Positions 1 through 10,153 of a stretch of 64,000 nt of DNA are shown piece after piece. The DNA comes from Ktedonobacteraceae bacterium (lineage in GTDB: Bacteria; Chloroflexota; Ktedonobacteria; Ktedonobacterales; Ktedonobacteraceae), in NCBI GenBank assembly GCA_035294305.1, contig DATGLD010000036.1, positions 8,244-72,243 on the forward strand. Reading direction: 5' to 3'. The position numbers were made by a program, and so were the translations under genes. How positions within the stretch are numbered: position 1 is the first letter of the stretch; each line of letters begins with the position of its first letter. The notes below the pieces were generated by a model. It was given only the letters and a program-made list of their open reading frames with translations, ran no database searches and was not told the origin of the DNA.

Positions 1-1088
1 AGGCAGTATTGCATCTTTTGGGCGTTGCCTGCGGATTATATTCCCTCGTACCCGGTGAACCACAAATTCAAGGTCAGGTTGCGCAGGCGCTGGAAATTGC
101 CCAGGGCGGTGGTTATGCTGGCCCAGTTACCTCAGCGCTCTTCCGCGCTGCGCTGGGGGCCGGAAAGCGCGCACGCAGCGAAACAGGCATCAGCCGCAAC
201 GCCGCCTCGGTCAGTTATGCCGCTGTACAGCTCGCAAACCGGCTTTTTCCTCATCTGAACGAGGCTCGTATCCTGCTGGTAGGCTCCGGTAAAATGAGCG
301 AGCAGACTGCGGCCAACTTGTGTGACCAGGGAGCGCGCCAGCTTACCATTATCAATCGCACTCAGGCCAATGCCCTGGATCTGGCACAGCGCTTCGGCGC
401 GACCCATCGCTCGTTCAGCGAACTGGCCGCTTCGCTGGCAGAAGCAGATGTTGTTATCACTTCCACGACTGCCCCCCTCGCCCTCATTACCTTTGAAATG
501 ATGCAGCGAGTCGTGCAGCAGCGCAATGGACGCTCATTACTGCTGATAGATATCGCACTGCCACGCGACGTAGAACCAGAGGTGGCGAACTTGCCCGGCG
601 TACACCTCTATAACCTGGATGACCTCCAGGCCACTGTCGACGAGGGCATACACCTGCGCCTCCAGGAAGTTGAACAGGTACAGGCGATCATCGCCGAAGA
701 GGCAAGCGCCTTTGATCGCTGGCGGCGCTCGCTCAACGTCGTTGGCACCATCAGCGACCTGCGCCGCCATATAGATACGTTACGCCAACAGGAATTAGCG
801 CGGGCCATGCAGCACCTGTCATCTTCGCTTACAGAACGCGAGATGGCAACCGTGCAAGAACTCACCACCCGGCTCATGAACAAACTGCTACATACGCCGA
901 TGGTGCGCCTCAAAGCCGCTGCCGCCGAGGGCCAGGGGCACATCTACGCCGAGGCTTTACGATACTTATTTGATTTAGAAGAGAAAATAGATGAAACGTA
1001 TAATCATAGGAACACGGGCCAGCAAACTGGCGATGATACAGACACAATGGGTGGTCGCACGGCTACAACAGCTGTGGCCGAACCTTGA
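1..1088 (+). CDS. hemA: glutamyl-tRNA reductase; 5' end lies outside the window
   Basis: ORF 9..1088 stays open to the window edge. HemA-like motifs are present (LVPGEPQIQGQV, NAD-binding LLVGSGKMSE, C-terminal helical region ...LLHTPMVRLK...). hemC and hemD follow. The 3' tail overlaps hemC by 98 nt. Confidence 0.9.
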   Translation, partial: AVLHLLGVACGLYSLVPGEPQIQGQVAQALEIAQGGGYAGPVTSALFRAALGAGKRARSETGISRNAASVSYAAVQLANRLFPHLNEARILLVGSGKMSEQTAANLCDQGARQLTIINRTQANALDLAQRFGATHRSFSELAASLAEADVVITSTTAPLALITFEMMQRVVQQRNGRSLLLIDIALPRDVEPEVANLPGVHLYNLDDLQATVDEGIHLRLQEVEQVQAIIAEEASAFDRWRRSLNVVGTISDLRRHIDTLRQQELARAMQHLSSSLTEREMATVQELTTRLMNKLLHTPMVRLKAAAAEGQGHIYAEALRYLFDLEEKIDETYNHRNTGQQTGDDTDTMGGRTATTAVAEP

Positions 1089-2031
1089 TATCGCCATCGA
1101 ATCGATTCACACAACCGGCGACAACAACACACATATGCCCCTGACAAAGATCGGCGGCGATGGCGTTTTCGTGATGGAAATCGAACGCGCCCTTTCTGAA
1201 AAACACATCGACCTGGCAGTACACAGCTTGAAAGACCTGCCCACGGCCCAGCCACTGGGATTGCGCATTATCGCGGCAGGTACACGCGAGGATGTACGCG
1301 ACGTACTTGTCTGGCACCCATCTTATCTAGGAGCGATCCCCAATGGCTCCCCTGACGAGGTAAGTTCACCTCTCCTCTCCTCTCTGCGGGCGATCTCGTA
1401 TGGCCGCCCACAGGCTCTTTTGCGTATCGGCACATGTAGCATGCGTCGTACAGCTCAGATGCGCGCACTTTTTCCAGGAGCAGACATTTTACCACTGCGC
1501 GGAAATGTCGATACGCGACTGCGCAAGCTCGATGCTGGAGATTATGATGCGATTGTCCTGGCCGCCGCCGGTCTGCACCGCCTGCATATTCACGAGCGCC
1601 TGGCCAAGCGTATGACTTACCTTCCAGTCGAAACGTTGCTGCCCGCGCCGGGGCAGGGAGCCTTAGCGCTAGAAATACGTGATGACCCTGAGGCGCAGGC
1701 CCTGATTGCTCCCTTGATCGACCCTGAGACACAGGCCACAACAACAGCAGAACGCATGTTTATGCGCCGCCTGGGGGCCGGTTGTTACCTTCCCATCGCC
1801 GCCTATGGTGAAATCGTGGAGGGCCAGCTTACCTTGCAAGGATTGGTTATCAGCCTCGATGGCCAGAGCCAGGTACGAATACGGCAAAGTATCCCCTGGA
1901 CTGCGGCAACTCCCATCGAGAGCGCCGGACAATTAGGAGTCCAACTGGCCGAGCAAGCGCTTGCCCAGGGCGCGGCCGGAATCATAGCGGCCCTGAACGA
2001 TACACGGATACAGGAGCGACAGCATGTCTGA
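991..2031 (+). CDS. hemC: hydroxymethylbilane synthase (porphobilinogen deaminase)
   Basis: N-terminus MKRIIIGTRASKLAMIQTQ, RGNVDTRLRKL, and cofactor-Cys region GAGCYLPIAAY. Sits in the hem operon. Confidence 0.95.
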   Translation: MKRIIIGTRASKLAMIQTQWVVARLQQLWPNLDIAIESIHTTGDNNTHMPLTKIGGDGVFVMEIERALSEKHIDLAVHSLKDLPTAQPLGLRIIAAGTREDVRDVLVWHPSYLGAIPNGSPDEVSSPLLSSLRAISYGRPQALLRIGTCSMRRTAQMRALFPGADILPLRGNVDTRLRKLDAGDYDAIVLAAAGLHRLHIHERLAKRMTYLPVETLLPAPGQGALALEIRDDPEAQALIAPLIDPETQATTTAERMFMRRLGAGCYLPIAAYGEIVEGQLTLQGLVISLDGQSQVRIRQSIPWTAATPIESAGQLGVQLAEQALAQGAAGIIAALNDTRIQERQHV

Positions 2032-2899
2032 AAGCACGGTGAAAGCATTTCCCTTGCGGAATAAACGCATCCTGGTGACACGCACAAGGGAACAGGCAGG
2101 CACATTAAGTGCACTTTTACGCTCAACGGGCGCTTTGCCTGTTGAGTTTCCAACGATTCGCATCATACCCCCGGCAGATTGGGCACCTCTGGATGATGCT
2201 TTGATACGACTATGCGCGAATGAATACGATTGGCTTGTGTTAACGAGCGCTAATGGCGTCACTATCTGCTTCGAGCGCTTGCGCGAACTTGGATACGCGG
2301 CTCGCGATATCGGTAGTACTCGTATCGCAGCTATTGGCCCCGCGACAGCCGCAGTGTTATCTCAATATGGCATCACAGCCAGCATTGTGCCTGGCGAATA
2401 TATAGCCGAGAGCATCGTCGCTGCACTGATTGAGGAAGCGCAGCAAGCAGGCAAATCCTTGCAAGGGCAGCGGATATTACTGGCACGTGCGGCGGAAGCC
2501 CGTAAGGTGCTAGTTACCGGACTACAACAGGCGGGCGCCCTCGTAGACGAAGTCGCGGCCTATTTTACCGTTTCCGCAGCCGCCGGTGACGACACAGGGA
2601 TCGAAGTCTTGCGCTTACTCCGGAACCGGCAGCTCGATATCATCACCTTTACCAGTTCTTCTACAGTGCGTAATTTTATGCAATGGCTTAAGCAGTGCGA
2701 GCCAGGCATCACGAACGAATTTAGCGATCTCGTGAAGCTGGCTCGCCCAAAAATTGCTTGTATCGGCCCCATCACTTCACAGACCGCACGGGAATTCGGC
2801 CTGGATGTGCATATCGAGGCGCAAGAATTCACCATCAACGGCCTTGTGAAGGCAATCATTCAAGACGAGGAAACATCATGGCAGACTCAACAATCATAG
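2024..2899 (+). CDS. hemD: uroporphyrinogen-III synthase
   Basis: HEM4-like two-lobe pattern (ILVTRTREQAG, WLVLTSANGV, ITFTSSSTV). ATGTCTGA overlap with the hemC stop suggests translational coupling. Confidence 0.85.
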   Translation: MSESTVKAFPLRNKRILVTRTREQAGTLSALLRSTGALPVEFPTIRIIPPADWAPLDDALIRLCANEYDWLVLTSANGVTICFERLRELGYAARDIGSTRIAAIGPATAAVLSQYGITASIVPGEYIAESIVAALIEEAQQAGKSLQGQRILLARAAEARKVLVTGLQQAGALVDEVAAYFTVSAAAGDDTGIEVLRLLRNRQLDIITFTSSSTVRNFMQWLKQCEPGITNEFSDLVKLARPKIACIGPITSQTAREFGLDVHIEAQEFTINGLVKAIIQDEETSWQTQQS

Positions 2900-3621
2900 C
2901 ACAGCCCCAGGAGGCTGTTACGCCAGCAAAACCCAAACAGCCGCGCCAATTGGTGCGCTTTACCTTCTACAAACTCGATCCCCAATGGCAGTTATTGCCA
3001 CTCGAGCAACGCCAGCAGGGAAAGCAAGAGCTACTTCAGATCTTTGAAGAACACGCGGAGCATGCCCTTATGCGCAGTTATGCCCTGTATGGATTGCGCT
3101 CCGATTGCGATTTTATGCTCTGGCAGGCAACCTATGACGTGAGTGACCTGCAGGGTATCAGCAGCAAAATCCGGCGTGGCATCATGGGACCATACCTGCG
3201 CGAGACCCACGCTTTTCTTTCAATGACCAAACGCTCGGTCTACGTTGGCAAAAACGCTCGTGGCGCGCACGACCCGCGCCTGGTCATCACTCCTGAAGAC
3301 AAGAAATACCTCTTTGTCTACCCATTCGTGAAGACACGCCCGTGGTATGCCCTGCCCCTGGAAGAGCGCAAACGCATGATGAACGAGCATATCCGCATGG
3401 GCCTGAAATACCCCTCGGTATCCCTCAACACCACCTATTCATTCGGACTCGATGACCAGGAATTTGTGGTAGCATTTGAGACGGATAACATCAGCGATTT
3501 CCTCGACCTGGTTCAGGAATTACGGGAGACCGAGGCCAGCCGCTACACCCTACGGGATACGCCAATGTTCACCTGCGTGGCCCAGCCGTTGGACGAGATA
3601 CTTGAAGCAATCGGAGCGTGA
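2878..3621 (+). CDS. hemQ: coproheme decarboxylase (chlorite-dismutase-like family)
   Basis: Translation from MADSTII... carries [27 protein letters not shown] and [17 protein letters not shown], typical of HemQ/ChdC. I chose ATG 2878; the longer ORF from 2758 lies inside hemD. Confidence 0.85.
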   Translation: MADSTIIAQPQEAVTPAKPKQPRQLVRFTFYKLDPQWQLLPLEQRQQGKQELLQIFEEHAEHALMRSYALYGLRSDCDFMLWQATYDVSDLQGISSKIRRGIMGPYLRETHAFLSMTKRSVYVGKNARGAHDPRLVITPEDKKYLFVYPFVKTRPWYALPLEERKRMMNEHIRMGLKYPSVSLNTTYSFGLDDQEFVVAFETDNISDFLDLVQELRETEASRYTLRDTPMFTCVAQPLDEILEAIGA

Positions 3622-4940
3622 GGTCTAATATGAGCAATCAAGCCGGTACTGACGTGACGCTTACGCGTTCGCATGAGCTTTTTGCGGAAGCGCAGCAACT
3701 GATGCCGGGCGGAGTCAACAGCCCGGTACGCGCTTTTCGCGCCGTGGGTGGTACCCCTATCTTCATTGATCATGCTGAAGGCCCTTATCTTTATGATGTC
3801 GATGGGAATCGCTACCTTGATTACGTCCAATCCTGGGGACCGATGATCCTGGGGCACGCCTATCCCCCGGTCTTGCAAGCCGTGACCGAAGCAGCAGCAC
3901 GAGGTTTCAGCTTTGGAGCGCCGACAGCCGCCGAAAGCCAGCTCGCGCAACTGGTCATGGAATGCATGCCATCAATTGAGATGATACGTTTCGTCAATTC
4001 CGGCACAGAGGCTACCATGAGCGCGCTGCGCCTGGCACGAGCCTATACCGGTCGCAACAAAATCATCAAGTTCAGCGGCTGCTATCACGGTCACGCCGAT
4101 ATGCTGCTGGTGCAGGCCGGTTCGGGCGTCGCGACCATGGGTCTGCCTGATAGCCCTGGCGTTCCGGCAGAGGCTACGAGCAACACCCTGATTGCCCCCT
4201 ATAACAGTGCCGAAGCGGTCGAATCGCTCTTTCGTGCCAACCCCAACGATATCGCCGCTATCATCATCGAACCCGCCGCCGCCAACATGGGACTCGTCCT
4301 GCCACTGCCCGGCTTCCTGGAAAAGCTCAGGGACCTGACCCAACAATATAGAGCATTGTTGATCTTCGACGAAGTCATGACGGGCTTTCGTGTGGCATTA
4401 GGCGGCATGCAGCAGCGTACCGGCATCGTACCCGATCTGACCTGCCTGGGCAAAATCATCGGTGGGGGACTGCCGGTTGGCGCCTATGGCGGGCGGCGCG
4501 ACATCATGCAACTGGTTGCTCCGTTAGGGCCAATGTACCAGGCAGGCACACTTTCGGGCAATCCACTGGCAATGGCCGCGGGTATCGCTACTCTCAACGA
4601 ACTACGCAAGCCAGGAACATATGAAGCTCTCGAGCATAAAGGACAGATGCTCTGCGATGGCATTGAGCAAATACTCCACCAAACCGGCGGACCTGTGCAG
4701 GTAGCCCGTATAGGTGCCATCTTCTGCCTGTTCTTTACCGCCAAAAAAGTGATTGATTATGCCAGCGCTAAAACGTCCGATACGGCCCGTTTCGCCCGCT
4801 TTTTCTGGCACATGCTGGAGCAAGGCGTCTACTTGCCCCCATCTCAATTCGAGGGCTGTTTCATCTCACTGGCCCTGACGGATGAGATGATCGAACATAC
4901 GGTGAGAAGCGTCGAACTGGCATTGCAAGAAACAGAGTAG
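3618..4940 (+). CDS. hemL: glutamate-1-semialdehyde 2,1-aminomutase
   Basis: [11 protein letters not shown] motif, class-III aminotransferase body, and PLP-Lys region [19 protein letters not shown]. An alternative ATG start is at 3630. Confidence 0.95.
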   Translation: MRSNMSNQAGTDVTLTRSHELFAEAQQLMPGGVNSPVRAFRAVGGTPIFIDHAEGPYLYDVDGNRYLDYVQSWGPMILGHAYPPVLQAVTEAAARGFSFGAPTAAESQLAQLVMECMPSIEMIRFVNSGTEATMSALRLARAYTGRNKIIKFSGCYHGHADMLLVQAGSGVATMGLPDSPGVPAEATSNTLIAPYNSAEAVESLFRANPNDIAAIIIEPAAANMGLVLPLPGFLEKLRDLTQQYRALLIFDEVMTGFRVALGGMQQRTGIVPDLTCLGKIIGGGLPVGAYGGRRDIMQLVAPLGPMYQAGTLSGNPLAMAAGIATLNELRKPGTYEALEHKGQMLCDGIEQILHQTGGPVQVARIGAIFCLFFTAKKVIDYASAKTSDTARFARFFWHMLEQGVYLPPSQFEGCFISLALTDEMIEHTVRSVELALQETE

Positions 4941-4976
4941 AAGCCGGGTTATGGAGTTGACAAAATACGTTGGTAA

Positions 4977-5028
4977 TCCCAGCAAGGGTACCCTGTAGGG
5001 ACAGCGCCTGGTACCTTCCTTGTTGGGA
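4977..5028. repeat. imperfect long hairpin in the hemL-hemB spacer; its loop carries CTGTAGGGACAGCGCC
   Basis: Left arm TCCCAGCAAGGGTACC (4977-4992) pairs with right arm GGTACCTTCCTTGTTGGGA (5010-5028), with one mismatch and a 3-nt bulge. The 17-nt loop contains the GTAGGGACAG motif shared with 6476-6509. Confidence 0.5.
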
Positions 5029-5051
5029 TCGCAGGATAGGAGCAGAGGATC

Positions 5052-6035
5052 ATGAGCACATTTCCTACAGTACGTATGCGCCGTTTACGACAAAGTGAAA
5101 AATTGCGCGGACTCGTGCGCGAAACGCACCTGAGCATTGAGCAGTTCATCTACCCACTATTCATAGCCGAGGGCCTTGCTGAGCCTCGTGAAATCTCCGC
5201 CATGCCCGGCATCATGCAGTGGCCATTAGAATACCTTGGGCGCGAGGCAGAGCGCATCGTCAATCTTGGGATTCCGGCGGTGCTGCTATTTGGCATCCCG
5301 TCTGAAAAGGACGAAGTAGGATCGCAGGCTTACGCTTCTGAGGGAATCATTCAGCTGGCCATACGCCGGCTCAAAGCCGAGACCCCCGATCTGGTTGTGA
5401 TGACTGATGTCTGCCTGTGCGAATACACGAGTCACGGGCACTGCGGCGTCATCCATAACGGCAGCGTGCAAAACGACGAATCATTGGAACTCCTCGCCCG
5501 CATGGCGCTTTCTCATGTCGAGGCAGGAGCAGACCTGGTAGCGCCCTCGGATATGATGGATGGACGCGTTGGAGCCATCCGCCGCACGCTGGACGAGCAT
5601 GGCTTTTCCGCGACGCCTATCATGGCCTATTCCGCCAAATACGCCTCCGGCTTCTATGGCCCCTTCCGCGAGGCCGCCGGTTCCGCGCCACAATTCGGAG
5701 ACCGCCGTTCATACCAGATGGACCCTGCCAACGTCCGCGAGGCGCTGCGCGAGATAGATTTAGACATTGCCGAGGGAGCGGATATCGTCATGGTCAAGCC
5801 CGCGCTGGCCTACCTGGACGTGATTCGCCAGGTCCGCGACCACTGCGACTTGCCCATCGCCGCTTACAATGTCAGCGGCGAGTTCTCCATGATCAAGGCC
5901 GCAGCTCAGCAGGGTTGGATCGATGAAAAACGTATCGTAATGGAGGTGCTGACGGGCATTCGACGCGCCGGCGCGGATATGATTATCAGCTACTTTGCAC
6001 CAGATGTGGCGGAGTGGCTCAAGGAGCGCTACTGA
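5052..6035 (+). CDS. hemB: porphobilinogen synthase (delta-aminolevulinate dehydratase)
   Basis: Zn-type Cys cluster [14 protein letters not shown], Schiff-base Lys region [12 protein letters not shown], and C-terminal ISYFA. Confidence 0.95.
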   Translation: MSTFPTVRMRRLRQSEKLRGLVRETHLSIEQFIYPLFIAEGLAEPREISAMPGIMQWPLEYLGREAERIVNLGIPAVLLFGIPSEKDEVGSQAYASEGIIQLAIRRLKAETPDLVVMTDVCLCEYTSHGHCGVIHNGSVQNDESLELLARMALSHVEAGADLVAPSDMMDGRVGAIRRTLDEHGFSATPIMAYSAKYASGFYGPFREAAGSAPQFGDRRSYQMDPANVREALREIDLDIAEGADIVMVKPALAYLDVIRQVRDHCDLPIAAYNVSGEFSMIKAAAQQGWIDEKRIVMEVLTGIRRAGADMIISYFAPDVAEWLKERY

Positions 6036-6424
6036 TTCCTTTTGAGCTTGCGCCACCCGCCCGCACGGTTATTGGCGATAATAGCTTGAAAGAGATTCAA
6101 AAAGGCACGCTGGTTTATGGTTTCGCCCTGGCGGACTTGAATCGCCCGCGCTGTCTGGTTCCCCTGCCCTTGATTGATAATGCCCTCGGGATCGGGAGCA
6201 ATCGGGTCGTAGATGAAAATGTTGAGGTGATCTTTCGCTCCCAATAGCGCGCAGATATTCCCATTGAGCGTAAAATAGGGCTGCCTGGTGCGTTTGACCG
6301 TCTCGGTCACATCCGGGTCGGCGGCATGCACCAGATCTCGCACCTGGCGGCAAATCTCCTGCTGCCAGGCAGGGAGCGTCTGAATGTATTCGTCGATACG
6401 AGGGTCGGTCTGGTATGTACTCAT
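6029..6424 (-). CDS. DUF1801 (YdhG-like) domain protein
   Basis: 131-aa ORF with [23 protein letters not shown]...[20 protein letters not shown], a pattern typical of DUF1801. Convergent with hemB. Confidence 0.65.
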   Translation of the reverse strand: MSTYQTDPRIDEYIQTLPAWQQEICRQVRDLVHAADPDVTETVKRTRQPYFTLNGNICALLGAKDHLNIFIYDPIAPDPEGIINQGQGNQTARAIQVRQGETINQRAFLNLFQAIIANNRAGGWRKLKRNQ

Positions 6425-6475
6425 GCAATGATAATACCTTAAGCCTGGGCCTCTTGTGAATCAATCACTGCACCT

Positions 6476-6509
6476 CTATAGGGACAGGCGCAAGGCGCTG
6501 TCCCTATAG
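6476..6509. repeat. palindromic REP-like hairpin CTATAGGGACAG(G)CGC-AAG-GCGCTGTCCCTATAG; probable terminator of the propeller gene
   Basis: 15-bp stem with one bulge and a 3-nt loop, read directly. It lies 13 nt past the stop of the minus-strand gene 6522..7727. No U-tract. Confidence 0.6.
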
Positions 6510-6521
6510 GGAACTCCCAAG

Positions 6522-7727
6522 TCAGCAGTAATGTTCAATCAGTGTGCGGGTAGAACCACCATTATCGTAGCCACCGACCGCCCAGACATCATTGGGGGAA
6601 AGCGCTACTATTGCTCCCAGAATGTTATCACCTGATCCCGGACTTGGGCTATGCATAATGAGCCAATGAGCGCCATTCCACTCTTCAATCAATGTCTGAG
6701 CATTTCCAGCTTTATCCAGGTAATTTCCCGCAGCCCAGATGCTGCTGTTGGAAATGGCCGATATCCCAAACAACTTATTGTCTGCTGAACCGGCATCAGG
6801 GCTTGAGACGATGCTCCAGTGCGTACCGTTTTGTTGCTCAGTAAGGGTCTGGAGTGGCTTGCTATCGCTTTCAATCTCTCCCGCAGCCCATAGATTGCCG
6901 GTAGTTGTGACTGTGATCCCCAAAAGGACGTTGCTGGCTGATCCCGTCTTTGGACTGCTGACAACGCTCCACCGCGTGCCATTCCACTGTTCGATCAGCG
7001 CCTCGCCTGGACCGCTGGTATTGAGATATTGTCCTACGGCCACAACATCGCTGGCGGAAAGCGCGGTTATGGCATATAGAAGATTATTCGACGAACCAAT
7101 ATTCGGACTGCTTACCACCTTCCAGCTTGTGCCATCCCAATGTTCGATCAGAGTGCGAAAGGAAGCAGTTTCGTCCTGATAGTATCCTACCGCCCAGACG
7201 TCGTTCGAGGAAATAGCAGTTAAGCCAAAGAGTAAATTATCTGATGCCCCCACATTGGGACTGCTGACAATGTTCCAGGCTGTACCATTCCAATGCTCGA
7301 TTAATGTTTGCGGGATGCCGTTGCTGTTGAGGTAATTCCCAACAGCCCAGACATCACTCGTTGAAACGGTGGCTACACTTAGCAGAAAATTATCTGAAGA
7401 TCCGGCATTGGGACTGCTGACAACACTCCAACTCGTACCGTTCCAATGTTCGGTCAGCGTTTGTGAGATCAAATCCGGGTTAATGACTGCGTTTCCGACG
7501 GCCCAGATATCACTGGAAGAGATCGCAGCCACAGATCCCAGCGCATTATCTCCTGTAGTAGCGTTCGGACTGGGGACGAGATTCCAACTCCCACACTTAG
7601 CCTTAAGTGAGGGTGCTACTCCTACTGCTCCTACCGCTTTTATTTGACCGGTACTCAAAAGTAAGGCCGCGATTATGGTTACTGTCAATAGCACGCCAGA
7701 AAGGATGGTTAGCTTCAATCGGTTCAT
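6522..7727 (-). CDS. secreted repeat protein, predicted 7-bladed beta-propeller-like
   Basis: N-terminal signal/TM (LKLTILSGVLLTVTIIAALLL), then seven ~50-aa repeats of the form L[IT]E[HQE]WNGT.W..VSSPN.G...N.L..I...S..D[VI]WAVG.Y. Confidence 0.75.
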   Translation of the reverse strand: MNRLKLTILSGVLLTVTIIAALLLSTGQIKAVGAVGVAPSLKAKCGSWNLVPSPNATTGDNALGSVAAISSSDIWAVGNAVINPDLISQTLTEHWNGTSWSVVSSPNAGSSDNFLLSVATVSTSDVWAVGNYLNSNGIPQTLIEHWNGTAWNIVSSPNVGASDNLLFGLTAISSNDVWAVGYYQDETASFRTLIEHWDGTSWKVVSSPNIGSSNNLLYAITALSASDVVAVGQYLNTSGPGEALIEQWNGTRWSVVSSPKTGSASNVLLGITVTTTGNLWAAGEIESDSKPLQTLTEQQNGTHWSIVSSPDAGSADNKLFGISAISNSSIWAAGNYLDKAGNAQTLIEEWNGAHWLIMHSPSPGSGDNILGAIVALSPNDVWAVGGYDNGGSTRTLIEHYC

Positions 7728-7779
7728 AGTATGTACTCCTCACGATCTATACAAAAAACTGACTGGTCAAAAACATGGA

Positions 7780-8766
7780 TTAACTCGCAAACAGCAAAAC
7801 CATGGGCCGGATAGTGTCACTATCACATGTATTTTGCAGGCATCCAAGACCAAACACTTTTTCGATAGTCAGAAGGAGAGAGTAGTGGTTGTAGGGCGTG
7901 CTGTCTCGCAAGCCCCGCGGTCCGTGATTCGCGATCACAATGGTAACGATGCGGCTCTGTGCGTTGTTCCCCTCATCAAATGTAATGACGATAGCATTAT
8001 TGCCATTGGACCACATTGATGAGTGCATAACTTTTTTCACAAGTGTTCCAACATAGGCATCGCCCAGACTGACAAGGAAATTATCGGTGACCGAGCCTGG
8101 CTTTCCATCATCCACACAATAGGGCGGTGCGCCATGCATATCATGGCACTGGTCGGGTACAATAAAGCTGAAGTTTGGTAGATGATCGGCTTTCAAATCT
8201 GCATCAAGCTGGGTGATGGGAACCATTTTCTGCAATTCCTGGGGATTGTTCTGGATGTGAGCAAAGTAGGGAAAACCGTTATGCTTCGCGGCATAGAGCG
8301 GGCTAATATCAGGGGCTCCATCACATTTGACCGGGAAGCAAATACCCTTATATCCAGGATAGGCCAACCCACCGAAGTATCCTTTCCAGGTGAATCCTGC
8401 CTTCTCAAGCTGGTCAGCAAGACTGGGCTTGCTGATAGTGTGGAGATAATAAGGATTGTCATCGGCAATGCCGAAGGTGCTACCCCCAAGGATACCTACA
8501 TAGTTAGGGGCGCTAGGGTCTCCAACTCCAGTGTAGTTGGTAGCCAGGCCGTAAGCCTGTGCGAGGTGATTAATGATCGGGGCAGCAGGATTGCCAATGA
8601 TCTGCTTGTAGCCATGATTCTCTTCCATAATTACGAGAACATGGTTGTAGCGTGGCAAGGGCGGGCTTACCTGCTGCGCTGAAACTGTAGTCTGCTCTCT
8701 AGCCGTAGTAAAGCTGAGCAGCACTACGAGCAGCATGAGAGCCGCTCCAATTTTTACAGATCGCAT
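7780..8766 (-). CDS. secreted phosphoesterase-family protein (acid phosphatase / phospholipase C-like)
   Basis: Motifs HVLVIMEENHGY, PSAPNY and IVPDQCHDMHG. Signal peptide MRSVKIGAALMLLVVLL. Start ATG 8766 is preceded by GGAGAG; the longer ORF to 8871 is not supported. Confidence 0.8.
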   Translation of the reverse strand: MRSVKIGAALMLLVVLLSFTTAREQTTVSAQQVSPPLPRYNHVLVIMEENHGYKQIIGNPAAPIINHLAQAYGLATNYTGVGDPSAPNYVGILGGSTFGIADDNPYYLHTISKPSLADQLEKAGFTWKGYFGGLAYPGYKGICFPVKCDGAPDISPLYAAKHNGFPYFAHIQNNPQELQKMVPITQLDADLKADHLPNFSFIVPDQCHDMHGAPPYCVDDGKPGSVTDNFLVSLGDAYVGTLVKKVMHSSMWSNGNNAIVITFDEGNNAQSRIVTIVIANHGPRGLRDSTPYNHYSLLLTIEKVFGLGCLQNTCDSDTIRPMVLLFAS

Positions 8767-9021
8767 TTGTCTCTCCAAATTTACTTTCCGGGACGACGAT
8801 TGTTGTACACCTAAGAAGGACCGGGATAGAGGTATCGACCGATATCTATTATGGAAGTAAACCGGGAGCATGTACAGAACTATGGGGTTGCATTCAGGTT
8901 AAGAACTGGTTGAGGTTTGCGAACCAATATGCTTGATTTGGAAAGGGAACCGCCGCAAGTTGGCAGATGCGCTTATGAGGGCTTTTTTTCGCAGGATTGA
9001 GAAAACACTACCGGGAGAGTT

Positions 9022-9780
9022 TTATAGTCCATACCCAAGTTCTCTGGCCCTCTTCATTACTTGCCTGGCCTCTTCGTCCCGTCCCAACTCAGTAAGCACA
9101 AGACTCAAGTTATAATAAAGAGCGGCCTCCTGAGGACTCAGCCGGATAGCTTCAGTATAACTCCGGACAGCGCCCTCTGGATTCTTCATCAACAACAGCA
9201 AATTACCCAGATTATTGTAGGTAGTCGCGGAGCGCGGATCAAGCCGGAGGGCCATCGAATAGGCATGTAAAGCCTGTTCATAACGCTGCATCTCCATCAA
9301 GATATCCCCTATACTACAGTAGGCCTCAGCGCCATATGGATCGAGTTGAATAACTGTCTGAAAAGCCTGGAGTGCTTCCTCGTAGCGCCGGAGGCCATAG
9401 AGCACATCCCCTATCCCCTTATGAGCATAGATATTATCCGGGCTAAGTTGTAATGCGCGTTTATAGGCAACCAACGCCTCGTCGTAACGCTGAAGGTTGC
9501 AAAGAACATCTCCCTTGCCGATGTAATCGTACGCGGAGTTGGAGCGCAACTCAATAGCCTGTTCATAAGCGGCCAGGGCTTGCTCATAGCGGCCAAGCGC
9601 ATTGAGTACTCCTGCCTTGTTGCTGTAAGCAAAACCATAGTAAGGGTTTATCTCTATGGCACGCTCATAAGCGAACAATGCCTTCTCATAACACTTTGCT
9701 TTGTAATGAGCGATCCCCTCATTCATCCACTCGACAAGTGATTTTGAAGAGATGCCAGGGGCCTTGGAAGGTATCGACAT
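9022..9780 (-). CDS. tetratricopeptide repeat protein
   Basis: About six tandem 34-aa TPR units (..YEEAL.AY..AI.L.P..A.AY...G..L). Confidence 0.85.
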   Translation of the reverse strand: MSIPSKAPGISSKSLVEWMNEGIAHYKAKCYEKALFAYERAIEINPYYGFAYSNKAGVLNALGRYEQALAAYEQAIELRSNSAYDYIGKGDVLCNLQRYDEALVAYKRALQLSPDNIYAHKGIGDVLYGLRRYEEALQAFQTVIQLDPYGAEAYCSIGDILMEMQRYEQALHAYSMALRLDPRSATTYNNLGNLLLLMKNPEGAVRSYTEAIRLSPQEAALYYNLSLVLTELGRDEEARQVMKRARELGYGL

Positions 9781-10081
9781 GCAGTCCGGTTTTTTCTACT
9801 CAATCATCGCGAGCAATACTTCGTCACTGGCAAAGTGTAAACTCTACGAATCAGTCTGTCAATATTTCACGATGTACCATCACATTTTTTCGTCAAAAAA
9901 CAGGAAACGACTAGGCATATTTGCTACCAGCGCTGCCTTTCACCTGATTATTTGCATTCCTGTTACTAGCGCGGCAGCCAGATCACTGCACACCCGGCCA
10001 GGAATCGCGATTAACACCGGGTACATCTGCCTATAGTATATTTGCCACACCAAATATCCTGGTGGTTCTCCACGCACGGGA

Positions 10082-10103
10082 TAGGAACCAGCCGCTGTTC
10101 CTA
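10082..10103. repeat. variant copy of the GGGACAG palindrome (TAGGAAC(C)AG-CCG-CTGTTCCTA)
   Basis: 9-bp stem with one bulge and a 3-nt loop, in the intergenic region upstream of the response regulator. Confidence 0.4.
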
Positions 10104-10153
10104 CAGGGATCGCCGCCTTCATCAATTTGATCCTGGTGAGCCAAGCGCATTTC

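Noticed and set aside
2758-2877. N-terminal 40-aa extension of the hemQ ORF (MYRPHHFTDRTG...).
   Set aside because: It lies entirely inside hemD in another frame and has Arg/His-rich out-of-frame composition. The conserved HemQ sequence begins at MADSTII (ATG 2878).
4957-4985. TTGACA at 4957-4962 as the -35 box of an internal hemB promoter.
   Set aside because: No acceptable -10 hexamer at 16-19 nt spacing: the sequence is CAGCAA at 17 nt, and TAATCC is only 11 nt away.
6739-7647. Plus-strand ORFs (6739-7179, 7369-7647) with a repeating GLLTTLQLVPFQCS motif, which could be mistaken for a repeat protein.
   Set aside because: The periodicity is the mirror image of the seven-repeat gene on the minus strand. 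The minus-strand product has a signal peptide and a coherent repeat architecture.
8767-8932. Possible cyanobacterial-type Pho box (CTTAACCT...TGCAACCC) upstream of the secreted phosphoesterase gene.
   Set aside because: Only the first 8-mer fits the PyTTAAPyPy(T/A) pattern. The 11-bp-phased partners are poor matches.
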